Source of the DNA: Octopus vulgaris
Lineage: Eukaryota
Reading direction: 5' to 3'
Assembly (NCBI GenBank): GCA_951406725.2
Contig: OX597838.1
Span: 5,270,001-5,334,000 of the forward strand
DNA: 64,000 bases
Positions 28,650 to 42,494 of this stretch are shown here, in pieces. The notes under the pieces were generated by a model. That model did not search any database and was not told the DNA's origin. It saw only the letters and a program-made list of their open reading frames with translations. Position 1 is the first letter of the stretch. Every line of letters begins with the position of its first letter. The position numbers and the translations under genes are program-made.

Positions 28650-29030
28650 TTTATTCTTCTACTTGTTTCAATCATTTCACTGTGGTCGGTCTTGCTGGAA
28701 CACCGCCTCGAAGTGTTTTAGCCGAGCAAATCGACCTGAAGCCTTATTTCTTCTAAGCCTAGTACTTTTATTATCGGCAGCTTTGGCCGAACCGCTAGGG
28801 TACGAAGATGTAAACACACCAACACCGGTTATCAAGTGGTTATGGGGACAGACAGACACACATAAACATATATACGACAGACTTCTTTCGGTTTCCGTCT
28901 ACTAAATGAACGCACTAGGTCTTGGTTGGCTCGAGGCTATATTAGAAGACACTTGCCCTAGGCTCAACGCAGTGGGACTGAACCCGGAATCTAGTGGTTG
29001 ATAAGCAAGCTTCTTACCACACAGTCACGC
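28650..29030 (-). mobile_element. SINE group B, older copy
   Basis: Homology to 15633-16052. Confidence 0.8.
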
Positions 29031-29129
29031 TACAGTATATATTTTTTATGAGCTACTAATAGTTTCATTCTATGAAAACGACTTTTATAATACGTTTGGT
29101 GCCTTCATATAATATTAATATCGCGGTAA

Positions 29130-29320
29130 GAAGCTGTGACCGCTAACTTCAACAGTTTTATTTTATTCTCTCTGTGTTTATTTAATCGGGCTCTTTCCTG
29201 CTGAAGAGCGTAGGCTCGAAACGTAAAATACTTTCTCACCTACCAGAGCGTTAACCTAATGTACCTATTTCTTTGTTATACACCTGTCTTCGTCCTTTGT
29301 TCTCCTGTAAATTTCAACTA
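29130..29320 (+). mobile_element. Diverged Penelope-type element with hammerhead motif (about 29192-29230)
   Basis: CTGCTGAAGAGCGTAGGCTCGAAACGTAAAA, with downstream ACACCTGTCTTCGTC.TTTGT shared with the 16.7 and 24.3 kb copies. Confidence 0.7.
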
Positions 29321-29386
29321 CACACACACATATATATATGTATGTGTGTGTGTGTTTGTTTGTGTTAATTAGTATGTACATATCTC

Positions 29387-29451
<65 letters not shown>

Positions 29452-30574
29452 ACAATGTTTGTTTGTTTATTGGGTCAGTAACACGCATAACAGAGACAGA
29501 TGATTATAATTTAATAAATAAAGGCGTTCTGTGACTTATTTGAAATATTTCTCTTGACCTGTGCGCAGTGCCCTTACTACATTGCACATATTCCCGATTA
29601 CTGCACCGTACGGGCATGAAAGTTGAATTATCTTACGTAGAGCAACTACATTTATTAAATTATATGTATAACTGTCTGTCTACCTATCTATCTATTTGTC
29701 TATCTAAATATATATGTACATATAAATATATACATATATATATATATATATATACATATATATATACATATACATATATATATATACATATATATATATA
29801 CATATATTTATATATATACATGTATATTTATAGATATATATACATATATATATTTGTACATATGTACATACATATATATATATGTATGTATATATATATG
29901 TACATATATATAGTTATATATACATACACATTTTTATACAAGTATGTATATATATATATATACAGAGAGAGAGAGTGAGAGAGACAGAGAGAAGTAAAAG
30001 GGAGAAAGGGAAAGGGCGAAAAACAGAGAAAGTGATAGTTAAATGCACAGAGATATTTATAACAGCCATCAAATCAACTTCTTTAGGTTCAATGATATAT
30101 TCAACGTAGAATGTAAGAAATATCAAATGTAATTTAAGAAAACCGTCTTTTTTATGTATACCTCCTGTGTGAACAGCACTTTTATATTAAAATATATTCT
30201 GAAATATGATATCGAATCAGAGATCAAAGGCCAAACCTCTCACTAATTAGAGTATTTATCAATATTTCTTGCATATTAACCCGGTACTGTATTTGAACTT
30301 CGCTTTGAATTACGTTAATTGTATATTTATTCTCCAAAAGATTTATAAGGCTCTATATATGAATGTGTATGCATGTCTGTTTTATAATATATATATATAA
30401 CAAATACGTATATAGACGAAGACATTTATATATATATACACACACGCCTGAATATGCATGTATGTGTACAGGTATGCAGTTATCTGTGTATTTATATATA
30501 CACATGCCATATATTTATACAATGTTTATATACTTAATATATAGCCATTCAAATGCGCGAGTATTTACGTTTTT

Positions 30575-30613
<39 letters not shown>

Positions 30614-30723
30614 CATGTATATACATATACATATATATGTATATATTTTTGTATGTATTTATGAAGACGTATTTATACAAGTCTATGAAAATATATATAC
30701 TTATATATGCTTATATATATATA

Positions 30724-30754
<31 letters not shown>

Positions 30755-31513
30755 TCATGTTTATTCATATATCTGTAGTTGTATCTTTCTTAAAATATAG
30801 TCTTCCATTTAGTCTCCTGTACTAATGTATTTTCTTCTAACATTTCATAAACATAAAATTAATCGATTCCGAATCTGTGCTCCATATATATATATATATC
30901 TCCTCATTGTGGTTCGATCAGTTAGCAATTTACCTTAACCACTTCTAGTACGTGTGATATTCTTTAGGTCGATATAATAAATTAAACAATCTGATACTGA
31001 TCTTAATTGACTTTCATAAAGAAGACCATTCGCATGTGCTTTTTGTCCGGGACAGTACAAACATAGTAATTGAAGGCAGTGCTTTCAATATGAAGGATTT
31101 ATTTCTGCAGATACACATATATAAATATAGATAGACAGATAGATAGATATATAGATATATAGATACATAGATAGATACACATGAGGAAGCACTCTTCTAG
31201 ACATACTTTACAACCTTCTTCACTTAAGGTTCTTTTGATCTTATAAAGTATGATATATTCATATTTTACTATTCAATTTATACACTCCAACACCAACTCG
31301 TATGATCATTAGAGAATACAACACGGTTCATGCATCGAAAATAAATTACCCAATCAAATTCAAGTGCTTATTCGTCAGATTGGATTATATCAAATCATAT
31401 ATTATATGTAGCATCACAGTTTTATTCCACACTTGATCATAACTGTCCGACAAACGGGAACACAAAGCTCTGAAGCACACTTTTTTGTGATTGTTTTGAG
31501 CTTTTATTAAAAC

Positions 31514-31610
<97 letters not shown>

Positions 31611-31624
31611 GTATATACGTATGC

Positions 31625-32115
31625 GTAAAGCTCATGGCGATCACCGTGCAATGACAATGGAAAATAGTCTAATAAGAGAAATATAAGCCCTCAACAGAAA
31701 CAAAGAAGGGTTTCCTATCCGCGTGGGACTCGAACCCACATCCCTTTATTAATGCGACTAGGTGTGCTAACTTTATACCAGCGAATTAGCCTTACTCTTT
31801 CTGTCAAATTTAAGAATTATATTAGTTCTTATTTGTTTTATGTAAACACAATTCCTACCTATTCTTTCGGTGCGAATGGTTTGGTTATACGATGGGTAAC
31901 AAACATAGTTGGGTTAACAAAAGGATATGGGTACATGTCACACGCGAATAGAAAAACTTATTTTTCTGCAGAGGGCTTAAAAGCTCCTTTATTAGACTAT
32001 TTTCCTTAGTCATTGCACGGTGATCGACATAAGCTTTAAACTTATATAAATACCATTATTATCTACGGGATTGTAAAACAGGACACCATATAAAAAAAAC
32101 CATTCGCACCGAAAT
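31625..32115. repeat. Inverted-repeat structure of two head-to-head tRNA-like units
   Basis: 31625-31790 is the diverged reverse complement of about 31880-32040. B box GGTTCGAGTCCC on the minus strand. A second inverted pair TTTCGGTGCGAATGGTTT lies at about 31865 and about 32097-32114. Confidence 0.75.
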
Positions 32116-32813
32116 ATATATACATACATACATATATATATATTTGCGCATATATTGATATATGTAGTAGAGAGAGAGAGAAAGATAGAGAGAGAGAGAG
32201 AGTAAGAAATAGATAGAGAGATTGATAGCTAGCAAGATAGCTACCTAGGTAGCTATCTAGATAGATGTAGATATATATCCGTGTACAATAAGAACAGGTT
32301 CCTTATATGCTTAACATATTTATGGTGAGTATAAAATCATATATATTTAATAGAAAACCGAGACAATGTTTAGAGCGAATAATCATAGTTATTCCTTGTA
32401 GACATATATAAATCTAAGATTCTCCCACAGTAATGTCTCTGACGGAATATACGAGAATCTGAATACTTCTTCGAATAGGTTTAAACTAGATATGTAGTTA
32501 AAAATGCTTGTTATATAATCGACCACAGCCGGTGTGTATGCAAGACATGGCTAACATGAGAAGATATGATAAATTATCTCATAATGGAATAATTGTTAGG
32601 TGTAACTATATATACGTAAGTGGAACTTAAATTATAGTTGTGCATATAAATATTATTTTAGCATTATATCAAAATATGATTTAGATGTTTCAAAAGTGAA
32701 AATCAATAATTTAGCTACTAATAGTTGTTAGTTGAGCAAGAAAATTAAAATTGGTTGTCGGTATTTAATTTTGAGCTATTTCGGTAAAAAGATCTGAAAA
32801 AAAAAGAACAAAC

Positions 32814-33590
32814 AGGCGCAGGAGTGGGTGTGTGGTAAATAGCTTGCTAACCAACCACATGGTTCCGGGTTCAGTCCCACTGCGTGGCATCTTGGGCAAG
32901 TGTCTCCTGCTATATCCTCGGGCCGACCAAAGCCTTGTGAGTGGATTTTGTAGACGGAACCTGAAAGAAGCCTGTCATATATATGTATATATATATGTGT
33001 GTATGTGTGTGTGTTTGTGTGTCTCTGTTTGTCCCCCTAGCATTGCTTGACAACCGATGCTGGTGTGTTTACGTCCCCGTTACTTAGCGGTTCAGCAAAA
33101 GAGACCGATAGAATAAGTACTGGGCTTACAAACAATAAGTCCCGGGGTCGATTTGCTCGACTAAAGGCGGTGCTCCAGCATGGCCGCAGTCAAATGACTG
33201 AAACAAGTAAAAGAGTAAAGGGTATATAGGAGCAGCGTGGCTGTGTGGTAAGAAGATTGCTCCCAACCCCATGTTTCCGTGCTTAATCCCTCTGACTGGT
33301 ATCTTCTACTATAACCTCAGGCTGACCAATGCTTTGTGAGTGGATATGATAGACGGAAACTGAAAGAATCCCGTTGTATGTGAGTGTGTGGTCTGTATTT
33401 GTCCCCCACCATCGCTTGACAACCGATGCTTGTGTGTTTACGTTCCCGTAACTTAGCGGTTCCAAAAAGAGACTTATAGAATAATTACTAGGCTTACAAA
33501 GAATAAGTTCTGGGATCGATTTGCCCGACTACATGCGGTGATCCAGCCTGGCCGCAGTGAAATGACTAAAAAGCGTAAAAGGATATAAGA
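32814..33590 (+). mobile_element. Two tandem SINE group B copies (32814-33222 young; 33228-33590 older)
   Basis: Homology to 15633-16052. Confidence 0.9.
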
Positions 33591-34159
33591 ATATAAAATT
33601 ACTCCATTCTTTAAAAAATTCCATGCAGGCTTATTGATGCTAAATCGTATGTTCAAACGCGTTTTGCTGTTTCGTAACAGGTTAATTTTGCCAATAATAT
33701 ACACACGCCCTGGTCCTATTTCACTTTTTATGGCGTAACAAATGCCTCGAGTTGGCAGAATATTTATCACGCCGGACAAAATGCTTAGCGGCGTTTCTTC
33801 CGTCTTTTTGTTCTGAGCTCTAACTCCGCTTTGGTTGAAGTGGCCTTTCATTTTTCAGGTTCGAGAGAATTTCTGTTCGTTAAATGATGTTATTACCGTC
33901 CCGGGGCTAAATGAAAAGGCATTCAACCAGAGTGCTGTGCTGTGAGACTGAACCCACGACCTTATGGTTTGGAAGCTAGCGTCTTAAACGCACAGCAACG
34001 CTAAATAGGTCATAATTTCCTGACTACTCACACACACATGCACATGCACATACACACATACAGTCACACCACACACACAAGCATACACCCACACGTACAT
34101 ACAAAACACACACAAACACTCACACACAAGAATACACACTCGCGCACGCACAAAACACG

Positions 34160-34392
34160 TACTTCTTTACTACCCCCAAAGGGGCTAAACACAGAGAGGA
34201 CAAACAAGGACAGACAAACGGATTAAGTCGAGTACATCGACCCCAGTGCGTAACTGGTACTTAATTTATCGACCCCGAAAGGATGAATGGCAAAGTCGAC
34301 CTCGGCGGAATTTGAACTCAGAACGTAACGGCAGACGAAATACGGCTACGCATTTCGCCCGGCGTGCTAACGATTCTGCCAGCTCGCCGCCT
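34160..34392 (-). mobile_element. SINE group A young copy
   Basis: Complete head, central domain and tail. Confidence 0.9.
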
Positions 34393-34409
34393 AACGCACA
34401 TGCACACTA

Positions 34410-35450
34410 GTATATTAAGATATGTCGTCGAAAATTTTATCGCACAATTTATATTTACCGACATAAGACACGTTCCAATGTGAATTTCATTATCACAAAC
34501 CACCTCAGTATATTTCCAATAACATTTAATGCTTTCTGTACCGTAGCATGTAGACAATAATGACTGATAAACAGCAGATATTCTAGCAGAGTTCCATCTC
34601 TTAATGGACTTATTTCATTGTTTAAACTTAGAGTTAATTATTATATCCCATTTGTAATATTTATGTAATTATTGAATTTATAACTTACAAATTTATATCG
34701 AACTATCAATATATTAATCTTCAATAAATTTATATTACAGTACTCGATTTGATTATTTAACGTCTTTAATTAAACTTATTCCATACTTCCCATTCCAGTT
34801 TCAACATTTGCACTCATACTTATTCAAATATGCATTTCTTTTTATTACCATATTTCCTCAATTATTCTTACTTTATTTTAATTTATTTTAATGTTAAATT
34901 ATAATAATATATTTCATTTATATTCCGTATCATATTCCAAAATATTTACTGTAATATATTTTCACTTAATTTCCTACAATGCGTCACCTTTACACTTCTG
35001 ATTAAATAATACAATTTTCTAATCATATACTATATTGATCTAAACAACAACATGTATTTCCTACACAAACTTATTACAAATTATTATAACCCAACCTTGC
35101 AAAAACGATTCAACTTAGAATTAATTATTTTCTCCAATTATTATATTTATTTGATTATTAAACTTCCAAACTACAAATTCCTATCAAACCATCAATTTAT
35201 TAAGCTTCAGTGAATTTATATTCCTGTAGTCTTGTTTCTATACCATCCCTAATTGATCTTATTACATCTTCTCATATCCAAGAACCGTTCGAGATTATAT
35301 AAACTCGCACACCTTTGTATAGAGATTTACTTTTAATTATTACTAAACTTTTCCCTCTTTTATTTCTGTTATTTTACTCCAGTTCAGTGTTACCGGAAAA
35401 TAATTTATTTTCTTGATTAAATTCAAAGTTACACATGCTCTGTTAATTGG
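34410..35450 (-). mobile_element. Very decayed L1/Tx1-type LINE ORF2 remnant
   Basis: A-rich minus strand. IKSKSLYKGVRVYIISNG resembles RT 'IKSLY..ARVxxNG', and SAVYQSLLS..KCYWK resembles the C-terminal region. Confidence 0.4.
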
Positions 35451-36120
35451 ATATAATATAATTCTTTAAATCATTTAATTAAATGAAGTTATTGTCCAAA
35501 CATATACGTAAATTGCTTTAAGTAACGACACATAATTCCAATTCAATTTACAGTCATTCCTCGTACGAATGCAAGACAATTTTGCAAAAATATTATTTTA
35601 AGATATACAATGTTAAATTAAATAACATTGTTGTTTTAACATAGAGCAAATTGCTTTAAGGAACAACATATAACTTACATGCATATTACTAACATCTATA
35701 CATGATATTTTAATGTTATTTTAATATATTCATATTTGTATTCATTTCTTTGTAATATTAACTTGTATACGACATTTTACATCACAGTCAAACTTGTAAC
35801 TGCTATAAACTATATTTATATCTTCCTAATTGTTTTGCGTTAAACTACTGAGATAATAATAATAATAAATAATAATATATTATAATAATTTATATTTTAG
35901 CTTATAGCTGAAAGTTTTCATTTTCAGGCACTCACCTCTTATCAGCGGGATTTCTTTGCGTTGGCTTTCAGTAAATAATTGTTACTGATCTCTGCACAAG
36001 GCCAACAGATATGTATGCCAACATGGCGTCCTAATATCTTTCTGTAACGACCGTCTGGAACTCGGTTTAAATTTGTGTTTCCCTTCATTATTAGTATGCT
36101 TATATTTCTGCATTTCTACG

Positions 36121-36163
<43 letters not shown>

Positions 36164-36164
36164 T

Positions 36165-36185
36165 CTAACCCTAACCCTAACCATA

Positions 36186-36229
<44 letters not shown>

Positions 36230-36340
36230 CCCTAACCCTAACCCTAACCCTAATCTAACCCTAACCCCTAACCCTAACGCTAACCCTAACCCTAACCCTA
36301 AGCCTAAGCCTAAGCCTAACCTCTAACCCTAACTCCTAAA
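36165..36340 (-). repeat. Interstitial telomeric repeat (TTAGGG)n with TTAGGC variants
   Basis: About 175 bp of CTAACC units on the plus strand. Confidence 0.95.
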
Positions 36341-36870
36341 CTGTCCAAGACATTTTAAGTGATTTCAATTGTTATATGCGATACGTTTAACCTCTGCGAT
36401 CTCTCGCACAGTTATATGACAAACAGATGATTCTATTATGGATTTCATTCGGTCATCATCAAATCCAGTAGGTGGACCAGAAGGTTGGTCATCCTTCAGG
36501 GAAAAATCTCCAGAACGGAATTTTTAAAACCATTTCTGGCATGTACGTTCTTTTAAGCAATCAACACCATAAACGCCACATATCTTTTTGTGAGCCTCAG
36601 CAGCCTACTTGCCTTTACTGAAATAAAACAAAAAAAGCAAAATATGGCGAAAATATTCGTTTTTTGTACTCCATGTTAAAGTTGACACTGAATTAAGAGT
36701 TGTAAACAAAGTTACGTGCAATTTGTTGCTAAAGTAAGCTGAAAGTAAAGGCTATCATGTGTCAAAAGGAAAGAAAAAGTCGTAACATTAACGAAAATCT
36801 TTCAAAAAAATCGTAACTCTATTTGTAAAAAAACCCCAAAAAAACAATTTACTTTCTTGCTAACAAAATA
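36341..36870 (-). mobile_element. Mariner 5' half (TIR plus HTH domains), truncated at the telomeric tract
   Basis: ATG at 36674. Frameshifted YFRHILL..FYFSKGK*AAEAHKKICGVYGVDCLKERTCQKWF*KFRSGDFSLKDDQPSGPP..TVREIAE..NHLKCLG. TIR-like TATTTTGTTAGCAAGAAAGTAA. Confidence 0.9.
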
Positions 36871-37099
36871 TAAGAAGTCTTCAAACGACAATCGAGTTGG
36901 TTTGTTTTTGTTTTTCTCTTCGCTGTTTTCTGGTGTGAAATACTGGCTCCAAATTGAGAAACCTTGTAATTAAAAGAGTATAGAAATACACGAAATAAAA
37001 TATAATTAATTATGGTATCCAGTAATTTGTCTCCCGCCTCTTACTTGATGCATGTGTGTCTCTCTCTCATTTACACACACACATATTCTTTTATTCTGT

Positions 37100-37319
37100 T
37101 TTTTTTTATTTGTTTCAATCATTTGAATGCAGCCATGCTGGAGCACCACCTTCAGTCGAGCAAATCCACCCCAGGACCTATTCTTTGTAAGCCTAGTACT
37201 TATTCTATTGGTCACTTTTTGCCGAACCACTAAGTTACGGGGGCGTAAACACACGAGCATCTTGGTGGGGGACAAACACACACACAAAAATATATGCTTA
37301 CACATACATACATATATAT

Positions 37320-37378
<59 letters not shown>

Positions 37379-37500
37379 CGACGGGCTTCTTACAGTTTCC
37401 GTCAACCAAATCCACTTACAAGGATTTGGTCGGCCCGAAGCTATAGTACAAGGCACTGGCCCAAGGTGCCACGCAGTGGGAGTGAACCCAGTTCCAGGTG
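37100..37500 (-). mobile_element. SINE group B
   Basis: Homology to 15633-16052. Confidence 0.85.
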
Positions 37501-37648
37501 GTTTTTTTGATTGACTCTAGTTTCAGCTCATGAGCTGTGGCCATGCTGGGGCACCGCCATTTAGGTTGGTAAGCAATGCACACATATATATGTATGCATA
37601 AATATTATACATGTATAGAGGCATATGTATACATACCTATATACATAC

Positions 37649-37698
<50 letters not shown>

Positions 37699-38570
37699 AT
37701 ACCTACAAACATACACACATACATACACGCATATGGCCTCCTTGTACTGATAGAATACAAGAAATAATGGCGAGATGGACATTTAGAGTGAAATGTATGA
37801 AATTTATCCCAGTTTTTTTAAATTTTTTTATTCATGTTATCGATCTCAGATATTTCGTAATGAACCGAAACCCTACAACATTAGAATTCCGAACGTCAGG
37901 AGTCAGCGAGGAAATAGGCACCGTAATTGAGGTAAACATTGCATTTTGTTTGTTTGCTGTTGACATGAAACTTTAACAATTTTCATTCCTCAATTCAACG
38001 CCTTCGTACGTCAGTTACTATACGATTGCAAATTGCCACTCACTGTTGTTAAACTTAACACCTAAACCAGTCGGACATATTGACACCTCGTAATTCTCTT
38101 CACATTCAAATAACAAGAAGAAAAAAAAATTTATCACGAAATCAAATATGACGTTTTTTAGCAGCCATTATTCTGAATTTTGAAACGATTCTGACATTTA
38201 TGATTTTATGAATTGTAAATGCAGAGAATATCTAATGGGAAGCTCATCTTTAATTTTTTTCAGAATTGAGGCTGTTGTTGCTGTTGCTTCTACTACTACT
38301 ACTACTACTACTACTACTATTACTATTACTACAACAACTACTACTGCTGCTGCTAATGATAATTATGATAATAATAATAATAATAAACAAACATAATTTT
38401 CGGTTTAAAAAAATTTTTTTTTAGACATTCATTAGTACAACACCAAAAAAAAAAAAATATATGGCACACTAGGCATAACAACAACATGAACTTCCAACCT
38501 GTTGTCTCTTGAGGTCTCTGGGTGAGACTTGGAGCCAACTTGTACAAATATAAAGCAAAAGTCAAACATA

Positions 38571-38633
<63 letters not shown>

Positions 38634-39109
38634 AAAAAACTAGTGTTTATATTGATGGCATACCGATGTATACAGAAAGAGTATTTGCCCTACGTGTCGG
38701 GAAGACACACGGCAAGAAATGGAAACGCATTTCAAAACCTGTGTAGAAGATTCAACTTATGTATTGAAAATGAAAGACTTTCAACACGTCTTATAAATTT
38801 TTTTTTACAGTCTTGTAAAATCTAATATATTCTTTTGTAGTCTTATACCATCTTATAAATATTTATTTTGTAGTAACATACTGCGGAGATACATTTCGAA
38901 CATCGTGTATATACCAATCATGCGATTACAAAAGCGCATGATTGTGCCTCTTATATACTTCGTTTCGACTTTTGACTATTTTCGTTTTCGTGTGACTGAA
39001 GGGTTATATGTCATATGATGAATGCCGTCAAGAACAACACCACTTGAATAATACTGTCCCGAGTCTTATGATATAGAGGGCCGATAGCATGGATCTTTAC
39101 CTTACCTAT

Positions 39110-39444
39110 TCGGAGACCCCCTTCGGTCACGACACAGACCATGAGATTGCACCTAGAAAGTTACCCTCCTAGACACAAGTCCGGGCGAGGTTGTTTATGG
39201 AAGACCAGCAGCCGCCCATGCATACCAGCCTCCCCTCTCCACGCCACCAGTGTTATCCAAGGGAAAGGCAAGGGCCGATACAGCTTGGCACCAGTGACGT
39301 CGCAACTCATTTCTACAGCTGAGTGAACTGGAGCAACGTGAAATAAAGTATCTTGCTCAAGAACACAACACGCAGCCCGGTCCGGGATTCGAGCTCACAA
39401 CCTCACGATCGTAAGATCGACGCTCTAACCACTGAGCCATGCGC
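39110..39444 (-). mobile_element. CORE-type SINE group D (head D plus tail Z) with TSD
   Basis: Head GCGCATGGCTCAGTGGTTAGAGCG..CTCGAATCCC, CORE-like GTGTTCTTGAGCAAGATACTT, CTTACCTAT at 39101-39109 and 39445-39453. Confidence 0.9.
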
Positions 39445-39677
39445 CTTACCTATAAGTGACCGTTATCGTAACATTCGCTCTGAATTTAAAGCTAGTCTGT
39501 AGCAATATTAGTCATTTACAGCTGAGTGAACTGAAGGAATATAAACTGACTCGTTGTGGTTGATAAAGAAAACAATGGAATTCCCGATCCGGGGATCAAA
39601 ACAAAGAATTGCGTCCGCTAATGCTGCACCCCAAAGCACCAGGCCACATGTTTACACTATGAAGCTAAGTTTTAGAG

Positions 39678-39835
39678 CAGTGCTTTCCACCCTGTGATCC
39701 GTGAACCTATGGTGGTCCGCAAAGGTAGTACTGGGGGTCTGTCAGCCTGCTAAAATGACAAATCTTTGAATATCCTGCGATATGTGGGAACACTCATTTA
39801 AATAAATGATACTGAAAAGGTTGGAAATAAAACAG
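39678..39835 (+). mobile_element. hAT (Charlie-like) MITE remnant
   Basis: TAGAG|CAGTGCTTTCCACCCTGTGATCCGTG...GGTCCGC...AAAAGGTTGGAAA. Confidence 0.5.
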
Positions 39836-40884
39836 AGTGAAATGGTTTCGAGTAAAGATTTGCTAATGCTAGAAATTTGAAATAATTCTTATCGATAAAA
39901 GAATATTAATAATTTATTCAATTTCTGTGAACTATATTTATAAAATAATAAATACAACTATATTAGATTAAAAGATTAAATAAAACCAATTTCTTATTTG
40001 TATATTTGATTTTAAATGTATGTCGCCAATAACAATGCAAAGATTACTGGTAAACAATCGATTAATTGTAGATGCAAAATATTGATTAATTCTTTGTTGC
40101 ATAGAATAATAACGTATTTGGTACAACCAAGCAAGCAACCAATCAAATGCGTGTTTAGTTAATACTGATGATTGTGATGATGTAGGTTCCGATGCTATTG
40201 CTATGGTAGGTACATTATTTGGAGACATTTTATGCATATATGTGTAAATAATGTATGTACACATGTGTATACATACACACATGCATACATATATACCTAA
40301 TTAGGCAGGTAGATCTGTGTGGATATTGCACATATATATACATATACATACACACACACACACACACACTGCACAGCACCTCGGAGAAGTGTATTCTACT
40401 ATACCACTGTGCTGAGCAAAACCTTGTAAGTGGATATGGTTGACGGAAACACAAACAAGCCTATCATGTATATGTGTGTGTGTGTGTGTGTATGTGTGGT
40501 GTGTGTGTGTGTGTATGTGTGTTTATATATATAAGCACAGGAGTGGTAAGAAGCTGGCTTCCGAACCACATGGCGCTGGGTTCAGTCCCACTGTGAGACA
40601 CCTTGAGGAAATGTCTTCTACTATAGCATCAGGCAGACCAAAGCCTTGTGAGTGGATTTGGTAGACAGAAACTGAAAGAAGACCATCGTATATATATATA
40701 TATACACACACATATATGTCCGAATTTTCTTATGCACTAAGTTTGACAGTCGTTAACTCTAATGTTTTCTCCTGACAATTCTTTATCTTACAACATTGAA
40801 GAGTTAAAAAAATGTGTCATGGCGAACTGGAAACGGTGTTTTATTGGGCTAAATAGCAGTAGCATTCTTCCCTTTCATGGGACT

Positions 40885-41205
40885 GCCGCATTAATTTATC
40901 GACCCAAAAAGATGAAAGGAAAAATCGACCTTGGCAAAATTTGAACTCAGAAAGGAGCCACGGGCAAAATACCTATTTCTTTACTACCCACAAGGGGCTA
41001 AACACAGATAGGACAAACAAGGACAGACAAACGGATTAAGTCGATTATATCGACCCCAGTGCGTAACAGGTACTTAATGTATCGATCCCGACAGGATGAA
41101 AGGCAAAGTCGACCTCGGCGGAATTTGAACTCAGAACCTAATGGCAGACGAAATACGGTTACACATTTCGCCCAGCGTGCTAACGTTTCTGCCAGCTCGC
41201 CGCCT
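40885..41205 (-). mobile_element. SINE group A nested pair
   Basis: Young tail AAAGAAATA joined to GGTATTTTG...GAGTTCAAATT of an older copy. Confidence 0.85.
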
Positions 41206-41256
41206 AAAATAATAATAATAATAATAATAATACTAATACTACTACTACTAGTAGTA

Positions 41257-41291
<35 letters not shown>

Positions 41292-41476
41292 GGATGAAGC
41301 TAACACATTGAAGCATAGTTTTATTAATTTCTCCTTAAAACCTCGCTGTTAGATAATTAATACGCATGAATACATGAAGGTATGCCTGATCACATATGCG
41401 CGTGTGCGCGTGCGTGTGTTCGCTTGTGGGTATATGTGCATATATCTCAGTGAATTGTACATTTATATTTATATGC

Positions 41477-41517
<41 letters not shown>

Positions 41518-41629
41518 TAGATAATATGTTAAATACAAATATGTATATGAATAGATAAACACGCGCACAGACACAAACATACTCACACGCACACACATAA
41601 ATATATTTATATATTTATGTATGTATATG

Positions 41630-41666
<37 letters not shown>

Positions 41667-41671
41667 ATCTG

Positions 41672-41754
<83 letters not shown>

Positions 41755-41899
41755 ATATGTAAATGGATGAATGAATTATCCTTTGTTTACTTATATATAT
41801 GTATATATATTATATATACATGCGCATACATACACTCATATACGTACATCCATGCATACACAGAGAAAGAAAGAGGGAACGATAAAGAGAGCTACAGAA

Positions 41900-42235
41900 A
41901 AATGATTAGGAGTAATCTTATAACTGGATGTGACGTTATTTTGGCGTTGCTTTGCACATCTCAGAAATGTTTGACTAGGTTTTCGTTAAAAATAGCATTT
42001 CATTTGCACACGTGCGCTTTCTGTCACAAAAGGCACGTAAACATAATTGTACGCGCGCCGACGATCATATATGCGCACGCCGCCGCCAGCTGCAGCTCTC
42101 TTCTCCTCGTATGCATATTCATAAAGCGACCCGCGGAATACGCATACAAATTGCTAATTTCTAAAGGTCTGTTGAAATTCGTGTCTTCGGAAATGTCAAA
42201 CACCTCAGAAAGATATTCAGTCAATTGAAATGTAA
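41900..42235. promoter_or_regulatory. CpG-rich unique island, candidate enhancer/CNE
   Basis: Locally high CpG content. CACGTG, CAGCTG, GTAAACA, ATGCATATTCAT and TGTCAAA motifs. Confidence 0.35.
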
Positions 42236-42255
42236 TAGATTCATACGTATTAGCC

Positions 42256-42276
42256 AGATATTACCGTTGAAAACCA

Positions 42277-42315
<39 letters not shown>

Positions 42316-42432
42316 GTTATTAACATTACTACTACTACTACTACTACTACTAGTAGTAGTAGTAGTAGTAGTAGTAATGATGATGATAATAATAATAATA
42401 ATAATGATAATTGGTTTTCAATGGTAATATCT
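42256..42432. repeat. Palindrome of unique arms plus microsatellites
   Basis: AGATATTACC(G)TTGAAAACCAATTA-(TTA)n-(CTA)n | (TAG)n-(TAA)n-TAATTGGTTTTCAA(T)GGTAATATCT. Confidence 0.9.
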
Positions 42433-42454
42433 CAGTAATACTAATACTAATCCA

Positions 42455-42494
<40 letters not shown>

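Noticed and set aside
34410-36060. Possible Fanzor/TnpB or viral gene
   Set aside because: No open frame and no RuvC or zinc-finger motifs seen. The fragments fit a decayed LINE better.
36165-36340. True chromosome end
   Set aside because: Short tract with ordinary sequence on both sides
39370-39444. tRNA gene
   Set aside because: The tRNA-like head continues into a SINE body with a TSD. The same applies to the other SINE heads.
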